Source of the DNA: an uncultured Actinomycetes bacterium
GTDB lineage: Bacteria > Actinomycetota > Actinomycetes > S36-B12 > CAIYMF01
DNA length: 32,000 nucleotides
Direction: 5' to 3'
Assembly (NCBI GenBank): GCA_963843975.1
Contig: CAWJMG010000003.1
Location: 2,640,001-2,672,000, forward strand
The notes under the pieces were generated by a model. The model searched no databases and was not told where the DNA came from. It was given only the letters and a program-made list of their open reading frames with translations. Position 1 is the stretch's first letter; every line of letters starts with the position of its first letter. Both the position numbers and the translations under genes were made by a program. This document shows positions 9,612 to 18,947 of this stretch, one piece after another.

Positions 9612-9833
9612 TCAGGCCTGGGTGAGCTGGTAACCGGCCTCGTCGATGGCGCCTGCGACCGTGCCGCGTTCGAGGGGGTGGTCGCTGGTGACCGTGACGT
9701 GGGAGGTGCCGCCGGTGACGAGGTCGACCTCGACATGGGTGACGCCGGGCAGGGCGCCGACTTCCTCCTGGACGGAGGTGACGCAGTGTCCGCACGTCAT
9801 GCCGGTGACGGGGTAGGTGATGGTGGTGCTCAC
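9612..9833 (-). CDS. copZ: Copper chaperone, heavy-metal-associated domain
   Basis: 73 aa, MSTTITYPVTGMTCGHCVTSVQEEV...: a single HMA fold with the MTCxxC motif, immediately downstream of the Cu ATPase. Confidence 0.9.
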   Translation of the reverse strand: MSTTITYPVTGMTCGHCVTSVQEEVGALPGVTHVEVDLVTGGTSHVTVTSDHPLERGTVAGAIDEAGYQLTQA

Positions 9834-9856
9834 GGTCGACTTTCCCTTCGGTGGGG

Positions 9857-12127
9857 TCAGGCCGCAGTGCGGCCGGTGAAGCGGCGCAGCCGCAGGCTGT
9901 TGGTGACCACGAAGACCGACGAGAACGCCATGGCGGCGCCGGCGACGATCGGGTTGAGCAGGCCGGCGACGGCAAGAGGGATCGCGGCGACGTTGTAGGC
10001 GAAGGCCCAGAACAGGTTGCCCTTGATCGTGCGCAACGTTCGGCGCGAGAGCAGGACGGCGTCGGCGGCGGCCCGCAGGTCGCCGGTGACCAGTGTCAGG
10101 TCGCTGGCTTCGATGGCGACGTCGGTGCCGGTACCCATGGCGATGCCGAGGTCGGCCTGGGCGAGTGCGGCGGCGTCGTTGACGCCGTCGCCGACCATCG
10201 CCACGACGCGCCCTTGGGCCTGCAGCCGTTTGACGACGTCGACCTTGTCCCAGGGCAGGACCTCGGCGACGACCTCGTCGATGCCGACCTCCGCTGCGAC
10301 GGCTCGCGCGGCGCGGGCGTTGTCGCCGGTGAGGAGGACGGGGGTCAGCCCGAGGTCGCGCAGCTCGCCGATGGCCTGGGCGCTAGTCGACTTGACGGTG
10401 TCGGCGACGACGGCCAGGCCGCGCACGGCTCCGTCCCAGCCGATGGCGATAACGGTGCGGCCGAGGGCTTCGGCAGCGTCCTGGGCGTCGGCGAGGTGGG
10501 CGGGCATGGAGAGGGACCACTCGTCTCGCAGCCAGCCCGAACGCCCGGCGACCACGGCGTGCCCCTCGACGACGCCCTGAACACCGCGCCCTTGCGCGGA
10601 GGCGAACGACTCGACCGGGCTCAGGTCGCCGATCCGGGCACGGGCGCCCTCGGCGATGGCGGCGGCGATGGGATGCTCGGACGCGTCCTCCAGCGAGCCG
10701 CCGAGCCGCAGCAGCTCGGCCGGGGAGATGCCCTCGGACGGAAGGACCTCGATCAGCTGCATCGAGCCTGTGGTGATGGTGCCGGTCTTGTCGAGCACGA
10801 CGGTGTCGACGCGGCGGGTCGATTCGAGGATCTGCGGGCCCTTGATGAGGATGCCGAGCTGGGCGGCGCGTCCGGTGCCCACGAGCAGCGCGGTGGGAGT
10901 GGCCAGGCCGAGGGCGCACGGGCAGGCGATGATGAGGACGGCGACAGCAGCGGTGAACGCGAACTCGACGCTCTCCCCGGCCATCAGCCATCCGACCAGG
11001 GTGATCAGGGCGATCGCGATCACGACGGGGACGAACACCGCCGAGACCCGGTCGGCGAGCCGCTGCACCGGTGCCTTGCCGTTCTGGGCGTCGGCGACGA
11101 GCTTGGCCATCTGCGCCAGCTGGGTGTCCGAGCCGATCCGGGTCGCGCGAACGACGATCCGCCCGCCCTCGTTGACCGTCGCACCGACGACGGGGTCGTC
11201 GGGCCCGACCTCGACCGGAACCGGTTCGCCGGTCAGCATGCTGGTGTCGATCGCGGAGGCGCCCTCCACGACGACGCCGTCGGTCGCAACCTTTTCGCCC
11301 GGGCGCACGACGAACAGGTCGCCGACCGCGAGCTCGCTGACGGGGCGGCGGACCTCGGCGCCGTCGCGGAGCAGGGACACGTCCTTGGCGCCCATTCCCA
11401 GCAGGGCGCGCAAGGCCGCGCCGGAGCGGGACTTGGCGCGGGCCTCGAGGAACCGCCCGAGCAGGATCAGCGTGGTGACCGCCGCGGCGACCTCGAGGTA
11501 GATATGGGCCGAGGCCGTGTCGCGGCTCGGGATGAGCTCGAAGCCCATCGTCATCCCGGTCATCCCTGCGTCGCCGAAGAACAGCGCGTACAGGCTCCAG
11601 AGGTAGGCGGCCGACACCCCGATGCTGATGAGGGTGTCCATGGTCGCGGCGCCGTGGCGGGCGTTGGTGAACGCGGCCTTGTGGAACGGCCACGCGCCCC
11701 ACACCACGACCGGGGACGCGAGAGTGAGGGACAGCCACTGCCAGTTGGGGAACTGCAGCGCCGGGATCATCGCCATCGCCACGACCGGGACGGTCAGCAC
11801 AGCGGAGACCACCACGCGCTGGCGCAGGCTGGTGACCTCGGCCGGCTCTCGCTCGGCTGCTTCGTCGTCGCCGGAGCCGACATCGGACGGCGCGGCGGCC
11901 GGTGGTGGGGCTGCCGTGTATCCGGTGGCCTCGACCGCTGCCACGAGGTCGGCGATCTCCACGTCGGCCGGCGCCTGGACGCGGGCGATCTCGGTGGCGA
12001 AGTTGACCTCCGCGCTGACCCCGGGCAGCCGATTGAGCTTCTTCTCCACCCGTGCGGCGCACGAGGAGCAGGTCATGCCGCCGATCTTGAGGTCGACGAC
12101 GCGAGCCGGGTTGTCAGTGGTGCTCAT
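9857..12127 (-). CDS. copA: Cu(I)-translocating P1B-1 ATPase
   Basis: Start MSTTDNP (cat 12125-12127) behind GGAGG. HMA GMTCSSC, TM CPC ([13 protein letters not shown]), [31 protein letters not shown]. Overlaps the upstream ATPase stop by 14 nt. Confidence 0.93.
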   Translation of the reverse strand: MSTTDNPARVVDLKIGGMTCSSCAARVEKKLNRLPGVSAEVNFATEIARVQAPADVEIADLVAAVEATGYTAAPPPAAAPSDVGSGDDEAAEREPAEVTSLRQRVVVSAVLTVPVVAMAMIPALQFPNWQWLSLTLASPVVVWGAWPFHKAAFTNARHGAATMDTLISIGVSAAYLWSLYALFFGDAGMTGMTMGFELIPSRDTASAHIYLEVAAAVTTLILLGRFLEARAKSRSGAALRALLGMGAKDVSLLRDGAEVRRPVSELAVGDLFVVRPGEKVATDGVVVEGASAIDTSMLTGEPVPVEVGPDDPVVGATVNEGGRIVVRATRIGSDTQLAQMAKLVADAQNGKAPVQRLADRVSAVFVPVVIAIALITLVGWLMAGESVEFAFTAAVAVLIIACPCALGLATPTALLVGTGRAAQLGILIKGPQILESTRRVDTVVLDKTGTITTGSMQLIEVLPSEGISPAELLRLGGSLEDASEHPIAAAIAEGARARIGDLSPVESFASAQGRGVQGVVEGHAVVAGRSGWLRDEWSLSMPAHLADAQDAAEALGRTVIAIGWDGAVRGLAVVADTVKSTSAQAIGELRDLGLTPVLLTGDNARAARAVAAEVGIDEVVAEVLPWDKVDVVKRLQAQGRVVAMVGDGVNDAAALAQADLGIAMGTGTDVAIEASDLTLVTGDLRAAADAVLLSRRTLRTIKGNLFWAFAYNVAAIPLAVAGLLNPIVAGAAMAFSSVFVVTNSLRLRRFTGRTAA

Positions 12128-14741
12128 GGCGATCCTCCGGCTCGCCGACGGCGACCGTCGTCGGCTGTGAAGTGACGGTAGCGACGGCGTCGGTTCCACG
12201 GCCGGCCACAGGGCGCCCGGGGTGCGCGACTGGCAGCCGCAGTCGCCGCAGCATGACCGCGTTGATGGCGACGATCGCCGACGAGCCGGACATCGTGAGG
12301 GCTGCGATCTCGGGGCGCAGCATGAGCCCGAAGGCGGGCTCGAAGACTCCGGCCGCGATCGGCAGCGCGATGGCGTTGTACCCGATCGCCCAGGCGAGGT
12401 TCTGCCTCATCTTTCGCACCGTGCCGCGACCGATGCGCAGAGCGACCGGGACGTCGAGGGGGTCCGACCGCATGAGGACGACGTCGGCGGTCTCGATCGC
12501 CACGTCGGTGCCCGCACCGATGGCGATGCCCAGGTCGGCGGCGGCAAGCGCCGGGGCGTCGTTGACGCCGTCGCCGACCATGGCGACCTTTCGGCCCTCC
12601 TGCTGCAGCCGGCGGATGTGGTCGGCCTTGCCGTCGGGCATCACGCCGGCGATCACGGTGTCAATGCCGAGGCCAGAGGCGATGCGGCGTGCTGTGGCCT
12701 CGTTGTCGCCGGTGAGCATGACCACCTCGACGCCGAGCTCGTGCAGCGCAGCGACGGCAGCGGGTGCAGTGTCCCGGGGTGCGTCGGCTAGGGCGAGGAC
12801 GCCGACGGCTGTGCTGCCGCGGCCGACCAGCACGGCGGTCCGACCGGACGCTGCCAGCTCCTCCCGGCGCTGCGCCAACAGCTCGGGTACGGCCATGCCC
12901 GCCTCGGCGAGCAGGGCCGCTGATCCGACCGCGACCGGCTCGCCCTCCACGTCGGCGGTAGCCCCCCGTCCGGGAACGTTACGGAAGCCGGTCGCGGTGA
13001 GCGACGGGGCGGCCTGCGCGTCGGCGTACCGGACCACGGCCTCGGCCAGCGGGTGCTCGGACTCCCGCTCCACGGCGGCCGCCCAGGCGAGGAGCTGGCT
13101 CGCGTCCAGCCCGTCGCCGGTCACGACGTCGGTGACCTCCGGCTCGCCCCGGGTGAGCGTGCCGGTCTTGTCCATCACGACCGTGTCGATGCCGGCGGAG
13201 GCCTCCAGTGCGGTGGCCGTCTTGATCAGGACCCCGCGCTTGGCGCCCATGCCCGTCCCGACCATGACGGCCGTCGGGGTCGCCAGGCCCAGGGCATCCG
13301 GGCAGGTGATGACGACGACGGTGATCGCGAACAGCAGCGCCTCGTTCGCAGGCCGGCCCAGCGCCAGCCACACCAGGAAGGTGCCGAGGCCGCCGATGAG
13401 GGCGACGAGAACGAGCCAGAACGCTGCCCGGTCCGCCAGCCGCTGACCCGGCGCCTTGGAGTTCTGCGCCTGCTGGACCAGAGCCACGATCTGGGCCAGG
13501 GCGGTGTCCTGGCCCACCTTGGTGGCGCGGACACGCAGCGACCCGGTCGTGTTGACGGTCGCGCCGATGACTGCCGACCCCGGCTCCTTGAGCACGGGGA
13601 CGCTCTCGCCCGTGACCGTGGATTCGTCGACCTCGGACGTCCCGTCCTCGACGACGCCGTCGACGGGCACCTTGGCGCCGGGCCGTACGAGCAGCAACTC
13701 GCCGACCTGCACCTGTGCGGTGTCGACCTCGACCCACTCGGTCCCGCGCTGCACCAGTGCCTTCGCCGGAGCGAGCTCCAGCAGGCTGCGGATAGCCTCG
13801 TTGGCGCCGCCGCGGGCACGCATCTCGAACCAGTGACCGAGCAGCACGAACGTGGTGAGCACCGCAGCGGCCTCGTAGAACACCTCGCCACCGCCGAACA
13901 GCGTGACTGCCAGGCTGTACAGCCAGCCCGCACCGATCGCCACAGCGACCAGTACCATCATGTCCAGTGTGCGTTGCCGCAGGGCCCGGGCTGCACCGTC
14001 GAAGAAGATCCACCCCGCCCAGAACACCACCGGCAAGCTGAGCAGCAGGGTGAACACGTCGTCGCGCAGCCCGAACGGGGCCGGGACCTCAAACCCGAGC
14101 ACCTCACGTCCGATCGGCGACCACAGCAGGATCGGCACCGACAGGGCCGCGGCCACCAGGAACCGGCGTCGCATGTCGGCGACCATGTCCGCCATCGACA
14201 TGCCCCCGTGGCCCCCATGCCCCATGGCGTCATGAGGGCTCGTCGCCGCCGGCGCGTGTCCGGTATGCGCCGAGTGGTCGCTGTCCGAAGCAGGCGCCTT
14301 GTCCGACGCACGCTCGGGGTGCTCGGGGTGCTCGGAGTGGTCGACGTTCTCGGCGTTCTCGGCGTTCTCGGCGTTCTCGGCGTTCTCGGCGTTCTCGGAA
14401 TGCTCGGAATGCTCGGCCTGCTCGGCCTGCGCCGCGTGCTGGCCGTGGGCGACGTGCGCCGCGGAGGCCTGCGGCGCCAGCGCTACCGGTTCGGTCATCG
14501 GGCTGCACACGTGGTCGGGCACGGATCGCCCGGAGCAGTGATACCCGCATTCGCGCACCCAGCCAGCCAGCTCCGTCAGCGACGTGATGTCGGAGTCGTA
14601 GGTGACCAGGGCGGTCTGGTTCAGGTTGTTGGCCGCCACGGCCTCCACCCCGGGGCGACCCCGAAGGGCCCGCTCCACCACATCCTCGCTCGTTGCCCAG
14701 TGCAGACCGGTGACCTCGAGCACCACCGTGTGTGTGGCCAT
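12114..14741 (-). CDS. CopB-like (P1B-3-like) heavy-metal P-type ATPase with CPD instead of CPH/CPC
   Basis: GAGGAG RBS. N-terminal HMA-like fold lacks CxxC ([11 protein letters not shown]). His-rich tail ...[12 protein letters not shown]...[25 protein letters not shown] is CopB-like. TM motif [12 protein letters not shown] (codons 13296-13304). [29 protein letters not shown]. Confidence 0.88.
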   Translation of the reverse strand: MATHTVVLEVTGLHWATSEDVVERALRGRPGVEAVAANNLNQTALVTYDSDITSLTELAGWVRECGYHCSGRSVPDHVCSPMTEPVALAPQASAAHVAHGQHAAQAEQAEHSEHSENAENAENAENAENAENVDHSEHPEHPERASDKAPASDSDHSAHTGHAPAATSPHDAMGHGGHGGMSMADMVADMRRRFLVAAALSVPILLWSPIGREVLGFEVPAPFGLRDDVFTLLLSLPVVFWAGWIFFDGAARALRQRTLDMMVLVAVAIGAGWLYSLAVTLFGGGEVFYEAAAVLTTFVLLGHWFEMRARGGANEAIRSLLELAPAKALVQRGTEWVEVDTAQVQVGELLLVRPGAKVPVDGVVEDGTSEVDESTVTGESVPVLKEPGSAVIGATVNTTGSLRVRATKVGQDTALAQIVALVQQAQNSKAPGQRLADRAAFWLVLVALIGGLGTFLVWLALGRPANEALLFAITVVVITCPDALGLATPTAVMVGTGMGAKRGVLIKTATALEASAGIDTVVMDKTGTLTRGEPEVTDVVTGDGLDASQLLAWAAAVERESEHPLAEAVVRYADAQAAPSLTATGFRNVPGRGATADVEGEPVAVGSAALLAEAGMAVPELLAQRREELAASGRTAVLVGRGSTAVGVLALADAPRDTAPAAVAALHELGVEVVMLTGDNEATARRIASGLGIDTVIAGVMPDGKADHIRRLQQEGRKVAMVGDGVNDAPALAAADLGIAIGAGTDVAIETADVVLMRSDPLDVPVALRIGRGTVRKMRQNLAWAIGYNAIALPIAAGVFEPAFGLMLRPEIAALTMSGSSAIVAINAVMLRRLRLPVAHPGRPVAGRGTDAVATVTSQPTTVAVGEPEDRHEHH
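14311..14429. repeat. In-frame 9-nt tandem array (13 units; five perfect gcgttctcg units)
   Basis: 'ctcgg' recurs every 9 nt from 14313 to 14421. It encodes the E-x-x periodic tract [37 protein letters not shown] of the CopB-like ATPase. Confidence 0.9.
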
Positions 14742-14785
14742 GACGCACTCCTCAACTCGCAGGACGGCTTACCCGCCTCAACTCA

Positions 14786-14802
14786 ATACCCTATGGGGGT
14801 AT
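14786..14802. promoter_or_regulatory. CsoR/RicR-type operator
   Basis: ATACCCTATGGGGGTAT fits TACCC-N5-GGGTA. As I recall, it is nearly identical to the B. subtilis copZA operator core TACCCTACGGGGGTA. Sits 45-61 nt upstream of the ATPase start. Confidence 0.65.
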
Positions 14803-14825
14803 GCCCCGTCATGGCGGGTTCAGGC

Positions 14826-14843
14826 GTGAAGATCTGATCAAGG
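14826..14843 (-). promoter_or_regulatory. Direct-repeat box b (degenerate: CCTTGATcagatCTTCAC on minus strand)
   Basis: GTGAAG at 14826-14831 and ATCAAG at 14837-14842, 11-bp phasing, just upstream of the CsoR-type operator. Confidence 0.4.
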
Positions 14844-14928
14844 CGAGCTACCGAAGGCACCGCCCCGTCCCCCTAAGGACGGACGCCTCGCACGGATCGC
14901 GCCCCCGGGTGGGCTGGAGGAGCTGAGC

Positions 14929-16311
14929 TCAACGAGGCGTAGGCAGGGCCTTGACGAGCGGAGCCTTCCCGAGTGGCGTGCGCTCGATCGCCGGAACCAG
15001 GAGCACATCGACGCGCGCGCGATCGACGCCGAGGTCTTCGAGCGCCCGCACGACGCGATCGTGTGCGAGGCGGTCCTGCGTCGCTCGACCGGCCAGACGG
15101 ACGACGAGGCCGTCGGCCATCTGCTCGACCTGCCAACCATCGGGGGCCAGCGACTCGAGCGCGCTGTGGAAGACCACCGGGTGCACACGCACCGCCCCCG
15201 CTGTACCCGGCAGGGTCAAGGTGTCCTCGGTGCGGCCCTCCACGGCCGCGAGCAGTGCGAAGGGGCGACCGCACCCGCAACTGCCAGGTGCCAGCCGGAC
15301 TGCGTCGGTGAGCTCGTAGCGGATCAGCGGCAGGGTTCGGGTGAACAGCGGTGTGACGAGGAGCCGCGTCCCCGCTGTACCCGGTGGAACCGGCCGATAG
15401 TCGTCGTCGACCGATTCGGCCAGCACGAAGTCCTCGTAGAGGTGCCACCCGCCCTGCTCGCACGTGGACGCGATGCTCGCGGTCTCAGTGGCGGCATAGG
15501 TGTCCACCACGACGCCGGTACCCCAGGCTCGCTCAGCGGCTGCGCGGCCGTCGGCCACCAGCACCTCCGATGCGGCGACAACTTTCGACGGCGCGATGCG
15601 GAGGTCTCCCTCCAGCTGTGCGCCCGCCAGGACACCCAGCATGGAGGCGTAGGAGACGAGGAGCCGAGGCTGGAACTCGTTCAGCGCCAAGACGAGTTCG
15701 CCCAGTGGTGTGCGTGCATCCAGACGCAGCGTCGGGACCAGGCGCGAGCTGAGGCTCGCCCCGACCACGGCCGACTGGTGCGTGGGATTGAGGGAGCTGA
15801 CGAAGGCGGCTCGGACCGGGTTGCGGAGGTCGATGCCGATGCCGGCCCAGTCGTTGACGCGGGCGTACGAGGTCAGGACCTGTGCCCACTCTGCCCTGTC
15901 CCACGCAAGCGCAGCGCGGCGCCCGGTGGTCCCTCCCGTGGCAGCAACCCACCAGCGCCCGCGCGACGCACGACCAGGCTCAAGCTGCCCTCGTTCCTCC
16001 TCGGCCAGCCGATCTACGACGTCGGCCAGACGGAGGGAAGGATTGGTGCAGATGCGGTCCCATTCGGCCATGAGCGTGTACTTGCTGAGCACAGGCAGCT
16101 CGTCCAGTGGAGCATTCCCGAGGCCCTTGAAGGCTGTCTGGTAAAAGGCGGAGTGGCGGGCGGCGTACGCGAGAAGCCGGGCAAGAGCCCGGTCCTGGTG
16201 CCGCAGCATTCGCTCACGGGGCCAGTGGTCGCGGCGCTGGGACCGCGATCGACCGGCAAGGACACGGGTCAGCAGCAGCGGATCGGGCCCCATCGCGACC
16301 TCCTGGCTCAC
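14929..16311 (-). CDS. Adenylate-forming enzyme, phenylacetate-CoA ligase (PaaK)/F390-synthetase-like family
   Basis: 460 aa with WWVAATGGTTGRRA (P-loop-like A3), TYAATE (A5), a conserved C-terminal lid and the overall PaaK-family layout. Substrate is not inferable. Confidence 0.6.
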   Translation of the reverse strand: MSQEVAMGPDPLLLTRVLAGRSRSQRRDHWPRERMLRHQDRALARLLAYAARHSAFYQTAFKGLGNAPLDELPVLSKYTLMAEWDRICTNPSLRLADVVDRLAEEERGQLEPGRASRGRWWVAATGGTTGRRAALAWDRAEWAQVLTSYARVNDWAGIGIDLRNPVRAAFVSSLNPTHQSAVVGASLSSRLVPTLRLDARTPLGELVLALNEFQPRLLVSYASMLGVLAGAQLEGDLRIAPSKVVAASEVLVADGRAAAERAWGTGVVVDTYAATETASIASTCEQGGWHLYEDFVLAESVDDDYRPVPPGTAGTRLLVTPLFTRTLPLIRYELTDAVRLAPGSCGCGRPFALLAAVEGRTEDTLTLPGTAGAVRVHPVVFHSALESLAPDGWQVEQMADGLVVRLAGRATQDRLAHDRVVRALEDLGVDRARVDVLLVPAIERTPLGKAPLVKALPTPR

Positions 16312-16364
16312 TCATCCGGTCCAGCGGCCACCTCTGCCCCGTGAGATCGAACGGGCTCCACTGT

Positions 16365-16391
16365 GGCATCGGCTCGTGAACGAGTGATGCC
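16365..16391 (-). terminator. Hairpin between NlpC/P60 and PaaK-like genes
   Basis: GGCATC-GG-CTCG tgaa CGAG-T-GATGCC (16365-16391). No U-tract. Confidence 0.35.
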
Positions 16392-16436
16392 GACCGAGGT
16401 GAAGGAACGACGAAGAACCGCACTTGCGGCGGCCGG

Positions 16437-17546
16437 TCACCCCAGGGGGCGGCCGGCGAAGCTGAATCGCTCACGGCTCCAGGTGTTCCAGGCATCCTGC
16501 ACCTGCACGCCGTTCTCGGGACTGGCCGCCTCCACGAGCTTGCCGCCGCCGATGTACATGGCGACATGCCGTGCACCCTTGAAGTAGAACAGCAGGTCGC
16601 CCGGCTGGAGCTCGCTGACGCTGATGCGCCGGACCTGCTGTGCCTGCGCCAGCGAGTAGGGGGTCAGCGAGACGCCCGCCGCGGCCCAGGCTGCTGTCGT
16701 CAGCTTGGAGCAGTCCCAACTATTCGGCGGCTGCGCGTTGTAGCTGTACGGCTCCCCCACCTGCGCCAGGGCGTAGCGGACGGCCGTCGCAGCCCTTGAC
16801 GACCCGGCCCCGGTCTGCCCGCCGCCACTGGTGCCGCTGCCGCCGTTGCTGCTAGACGAGGGACGGTCGCGGGACGGTCGCTGGGCTACCGCTTCGCGTG
16901 CCTTGCGGGCCGCAACTGCGGCCGCGGTGCGCCGCTGCTCGGCGAGCGCGGCCAGCCGCTTGCGGTCCTCCTCACGCAACTGCGCCACCACGCGCTTGGA
17001 CTGGGCGAGCGCGTCGTTGATCTCACGTCGGTGCGCCGCCATCTGCTCCGCAACCGCCTTAGCCGCCGCCTGCTGCTGCGCCAGGGCAGTCTCTGCCTGC
17101 GCGAGGACTAAGCGCTTCGCCTGCACCCGTCGGAGGGACGTGTTCTGCGCCCGTGCTACCTGCTCTATGGCGCCAGCCCTCTCAAGGTAGTCGGAGGCGT
17201 CGTCAGAGAGAAGGAGGACGAGGCTGGGATCGACGCCCGATCCGCCCATGTACGCCTGGGCCGCCATGCGGTCCGTTGACTCGGCCAGTGCCGCGACTTC
17301 GGCACGGGCCGCATCCGCCCCAGCCCGTGCTCGTTGCACCTTTCGCGTGGCGTCAGCGAGCTTCACCTCGGCCTCGTTGAACTTTTCCGAGGCCGTCTCC
17401 GCCTGCATCTCCAGGGCCTCGAGCTCGGCCTGGGCCTGGGAGAGGCTCTTTCCCGGTTCGGCAGAGCCCGGCGATGACACCGCGAGCGTGGCGACCAGGG
17501 CGACGACGACGGCGCCAGCGGCACCGCGCAGCGTGCGAGCGCGCAC
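16437..17546 (-). CDS. NlpC/P60 (C40) peptidoglycan endopeptidase with N-terminal coiled coil (RipA/RipC-like)
   Basis: GTG 17546 behind GGGAAGG. Signal peptide, long Ala/Glu/Gln coiled coil, C-terminal YSYNAQPPNSWDCSKL...HVAMYIGGGKLVEA (Cys-His C40 core). Confidence 0.85.
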   Translation of the reverse strand: MRARTLRGAAGAVVVALVATLAVSSPGSAEPGKSLSQAQAELEALEMQAETASEKFNEAEVKLADATRKVQRARAGADAARAEVAALAESTDRMAAQAYMGGSGVDPSLVLLLSDDASDYLERAGAIEQVARAQNTSLRRVQAKRLVLAQAETALAQQQAAAKAVAEQMAAHRREINDALAQSKRVVAQLREEDRKRLAALAEQRRTAAAVAARKAREAVAQRPSRDRPSSSSNGGSGTSGGGQTGAGSSRAATAVRYALAQVGEPYSYNAQPPNSWDCSKLTTAAWAAAGVSLTPYSLAQAQQVRRISVSELQPGDLLFYFKGARHVAMYIGGGKLVEAASPENGVQVQDAWNTWSRERFSFAGRPLG

Positions 17547-17559
17547 GTTGAAACCTTCC

Positions 17560-17686
17560 CTTCGGCCGCCTACCGGGTTAGCTGACGGGCTCGGGCTAAG
17601 GGATGCCCTACGCAGCGCGTGGCCGCGATTCGCCCCGGTGGACCTGGGTCCCCGGCTTCGACGTGATCGAACTCGGCGGTGATAAG
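17560..17686 (-). promoter_or_regulatory. c-di-AMP riboswitch (ydaO-yuaA class) in the NlpC/P60 leader
   Basis: Minus-strand RNA: CACCGCCGAGUUCGAUCACGUCGAAGCCGGGGACCCAGGUCCACCGGGGCGAAUCGCGGCC...GCGUAGGGCAUCCCUUAGCCCGAGCCCGUCAGCUAACCCGGUAGGCGGCCGAAGGGAAGG. It contains the GGGGACCCA, CGGGGCGAAUC, GUAGGG and CCCGUCAGCUAACC..GUAGGCG blocks. P1 is CCGCC/GGCGG, running into the RBS. Confidence 0.85.
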
Positions 17687-17757
17687 TGTTGAGACGTTGG
17701 TTCGAACCTACCGTCCAGCCACGGCTCGGGAGAACTTCCGGGGCCCATCCGAGCGGA

Positions 17758-17777
17758 CCTTCATCGAACCTTCATGG
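17758..17777 (+). promoter_or_regulatory. Direct-repeat box c (CCTTCATcgaaCCTTCATGG)
   Basis: CTTCAT at 17759-17764 and 17770-17775. Its flank (CCATCCG.G.GG) is shared with box h. Confidence 0.6.
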
Positions 17778-17876
17778 TCACGAACGGCTCATCCGGCGGT
17801 TCTGACCGAGCCAGCTCGAGCCGTGCTCCGAGTCGCGCGCCCCCCAAGAGCAACGGCGGCGGAGTTTGAGGGCCGG

Positions 17877-18217
17877 ATGTCTCCCCTGTCTTGTTGCCGC
17901 CTTCCGCTGGCACCCGGCTACCTGTCCTGCGCGGCGGGGCTCGGCAGGCCTGATCTCGACGGTCGACCGTCCGGAGCAGGCCAACCTCCACGGCACCGCT
18001 AGTGACGTGCGAACCACGTCCCGTGGGCCTCGGCGTCCCCTTCGATGAACTCTGACTCTGCGCCATCGCACGCTCCGGGCAGCGGGTGGAAGCGCCGTGA
18101 GGGCGAAGTGTCCTCAGGACCGGGAGAGCCCTGTTCACGCTCATCGGACTGCTGGCTTCGGGCATGACGGCGATGGTGTTTGTCGGCGCCGGGAGCGATG
18201 TCCGGTTCGATGGATGA
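17877..18217 (+). pseudogene. Relic of a CcdA/DsbD-family gene
   Basis: Frame 17877-18002 encodes MSPLSCCRLPLAPGYLSCAAGL. This is colinear with the intact CcdA in this window (FFSPCCLPLVPGYLSYVTGL). A different frame (18101-18217) encodes the TM-like RALFTLIGLLASGMTAMVFVGAG. Only ~340 of ~820 nt remain. Confidence 0.5.
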
Positions 18218-18232
18218 AGAATCGATGAAGGC
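18212..18232 (-). promoter_or_regulatory. Direct-repeat box e (GCCTTCATcgatTCTTCATCC on minus strand)
   Basis: ATGAAG at 18214-18219 and 18225-18230, 86 nt upstream of the methyltransferase start. Confidence 0.55.
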
Positions 18233-18317
18233 TTCCGCATATGTGCCCACACGACCTTGTTAACTCTCTCATCGGGTTCAACTATGAGAACTCGCTCACC
18301 CGACACCGAAGGCGCTC

Positions 18318-18878
18318 ATGAACCTTATCCACAGGCGTTACTGCCGCTCCCAGCGCTGGGGGGGCCACGTGTCCCGGCTCCTCCCTTGGGCGACGGACGG
18401 TGTGGACCTGACAGGCGCAGACGTGCTGGAGCTGGGCAGCGGCCCCGGTCTGACGACCGACTGGCTCGCCCCACGGTCGGGCACTCTCACCGCGTTGGAG
18501 TACGACGAGACAGACGCGACGTCGCTCGCCGCCCGAGCACCCGCCGTAACGGTGATCCACGGCGACGCGCGATCCGTGCCACTACCCGATGCCAGCGTGG
18601 ATGTGGTGGTCTGCTTCACGATGTTGCATCACCTGCCCAGCCCGACCGCACAGGACGAGCTGTTCGCTGAGGCAGCCCGGATCCTCCGGCCCGGAGGGAC
18701 CTTCGCCGGCAGCGACAGCCGGTTCGGTCCGTTGTTCGCGATCGCCCACATCGGCGACACCATGACACTCGTGGATCCGGCCGGTCTCCCCGTGCGCCTT
18801 CGGACCGCCGGGTTCGCAGACGTGAGCACAGACATCGCCGGTCGTGCTGTGCGCTTCCGCGCTCGACGTCCCGCCTGA
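18318..18878 (+). CDS. Class I SAM-dependent methyltransferase
   Basis: Motif I VLELGSGPGLTT, then LEYDE, VDVVVCFTMLHHL and LRPGGTF (Methyltransf_11-like). Confidence 0.8.
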   Translation: MNLIHRRYCRSQRWGGHVSRLLPWATDGVDLTGADVLELGSGPGLTTDWLAPRSGTLTALEYDETDATSLAARAPAVTVIHGDARSVPLPDASVDVVVCFTMLHHLPSPTAQDELFAEAARILRPGGTFAGSDSRFGPLFAIAHIGDTMTLVDPAGLPVRLRTAGFADVSTDIAGRAVRFRARRPA

Positions 18879-18947
18879 TGGGCGACAGCGGCGCACCGAC
18901 ACGACTTCTTCACGGGCACACGCTGGATACCTCATTGCATCCAGCCG

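Noticed and set aside
9851-12175. Very long ORFs antisense to real genes: 9851-12175 (+), 2433-4424 (+), 5965-8097 (-), 13053-14837 (+), and the upstream part of 680-2380 (-)
   Set aside because: They are Arg/Gly/Pro/Asp-rich low-complexity translations mirroring well-supported genes on the other strand. This is the usual stop-codon-poor artefact of high-GC DNA.
14311-14429. Short tandem repeats considered as a CRISPR-like array
   Set aside because: The units are 9 nt with no spacers, lie in frame within the ATPase gene, and no cas genes are present.
14838-15188. Search for a csoR gene near the CsoR-type operator (small ORFs 14838-15188, 14873-15463)
   Set aside because: The translations are Arg/Ser-rich antisense artefacts of the PaaK-like gene, with no CsoR C-H-C ligand pattern or helical-bundle character.
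18045-18050. Single half-sites of the box: TTCGATGAAC at 18041-18050, CTTCATGACCTTCGC at 1150-1164, GATGAAGGCCGTGATGATGG at 18947-18966
   Set aside because: They have only one hexamer or the wrong phasing (8 or 12 nt), and two lie inside coding or relic sequence. They are not counted as operators.
17999-18250. 83-aa minus-strand ORF and the coincidence that boxes e and f both translate as (A/G)F(I/V)(D/E)SSS
   Set aside because: The similarity follows directly from the shared DNA motif. Box g is open in a different frame, and the region is better explained as a ccdA relic on the plus strand.
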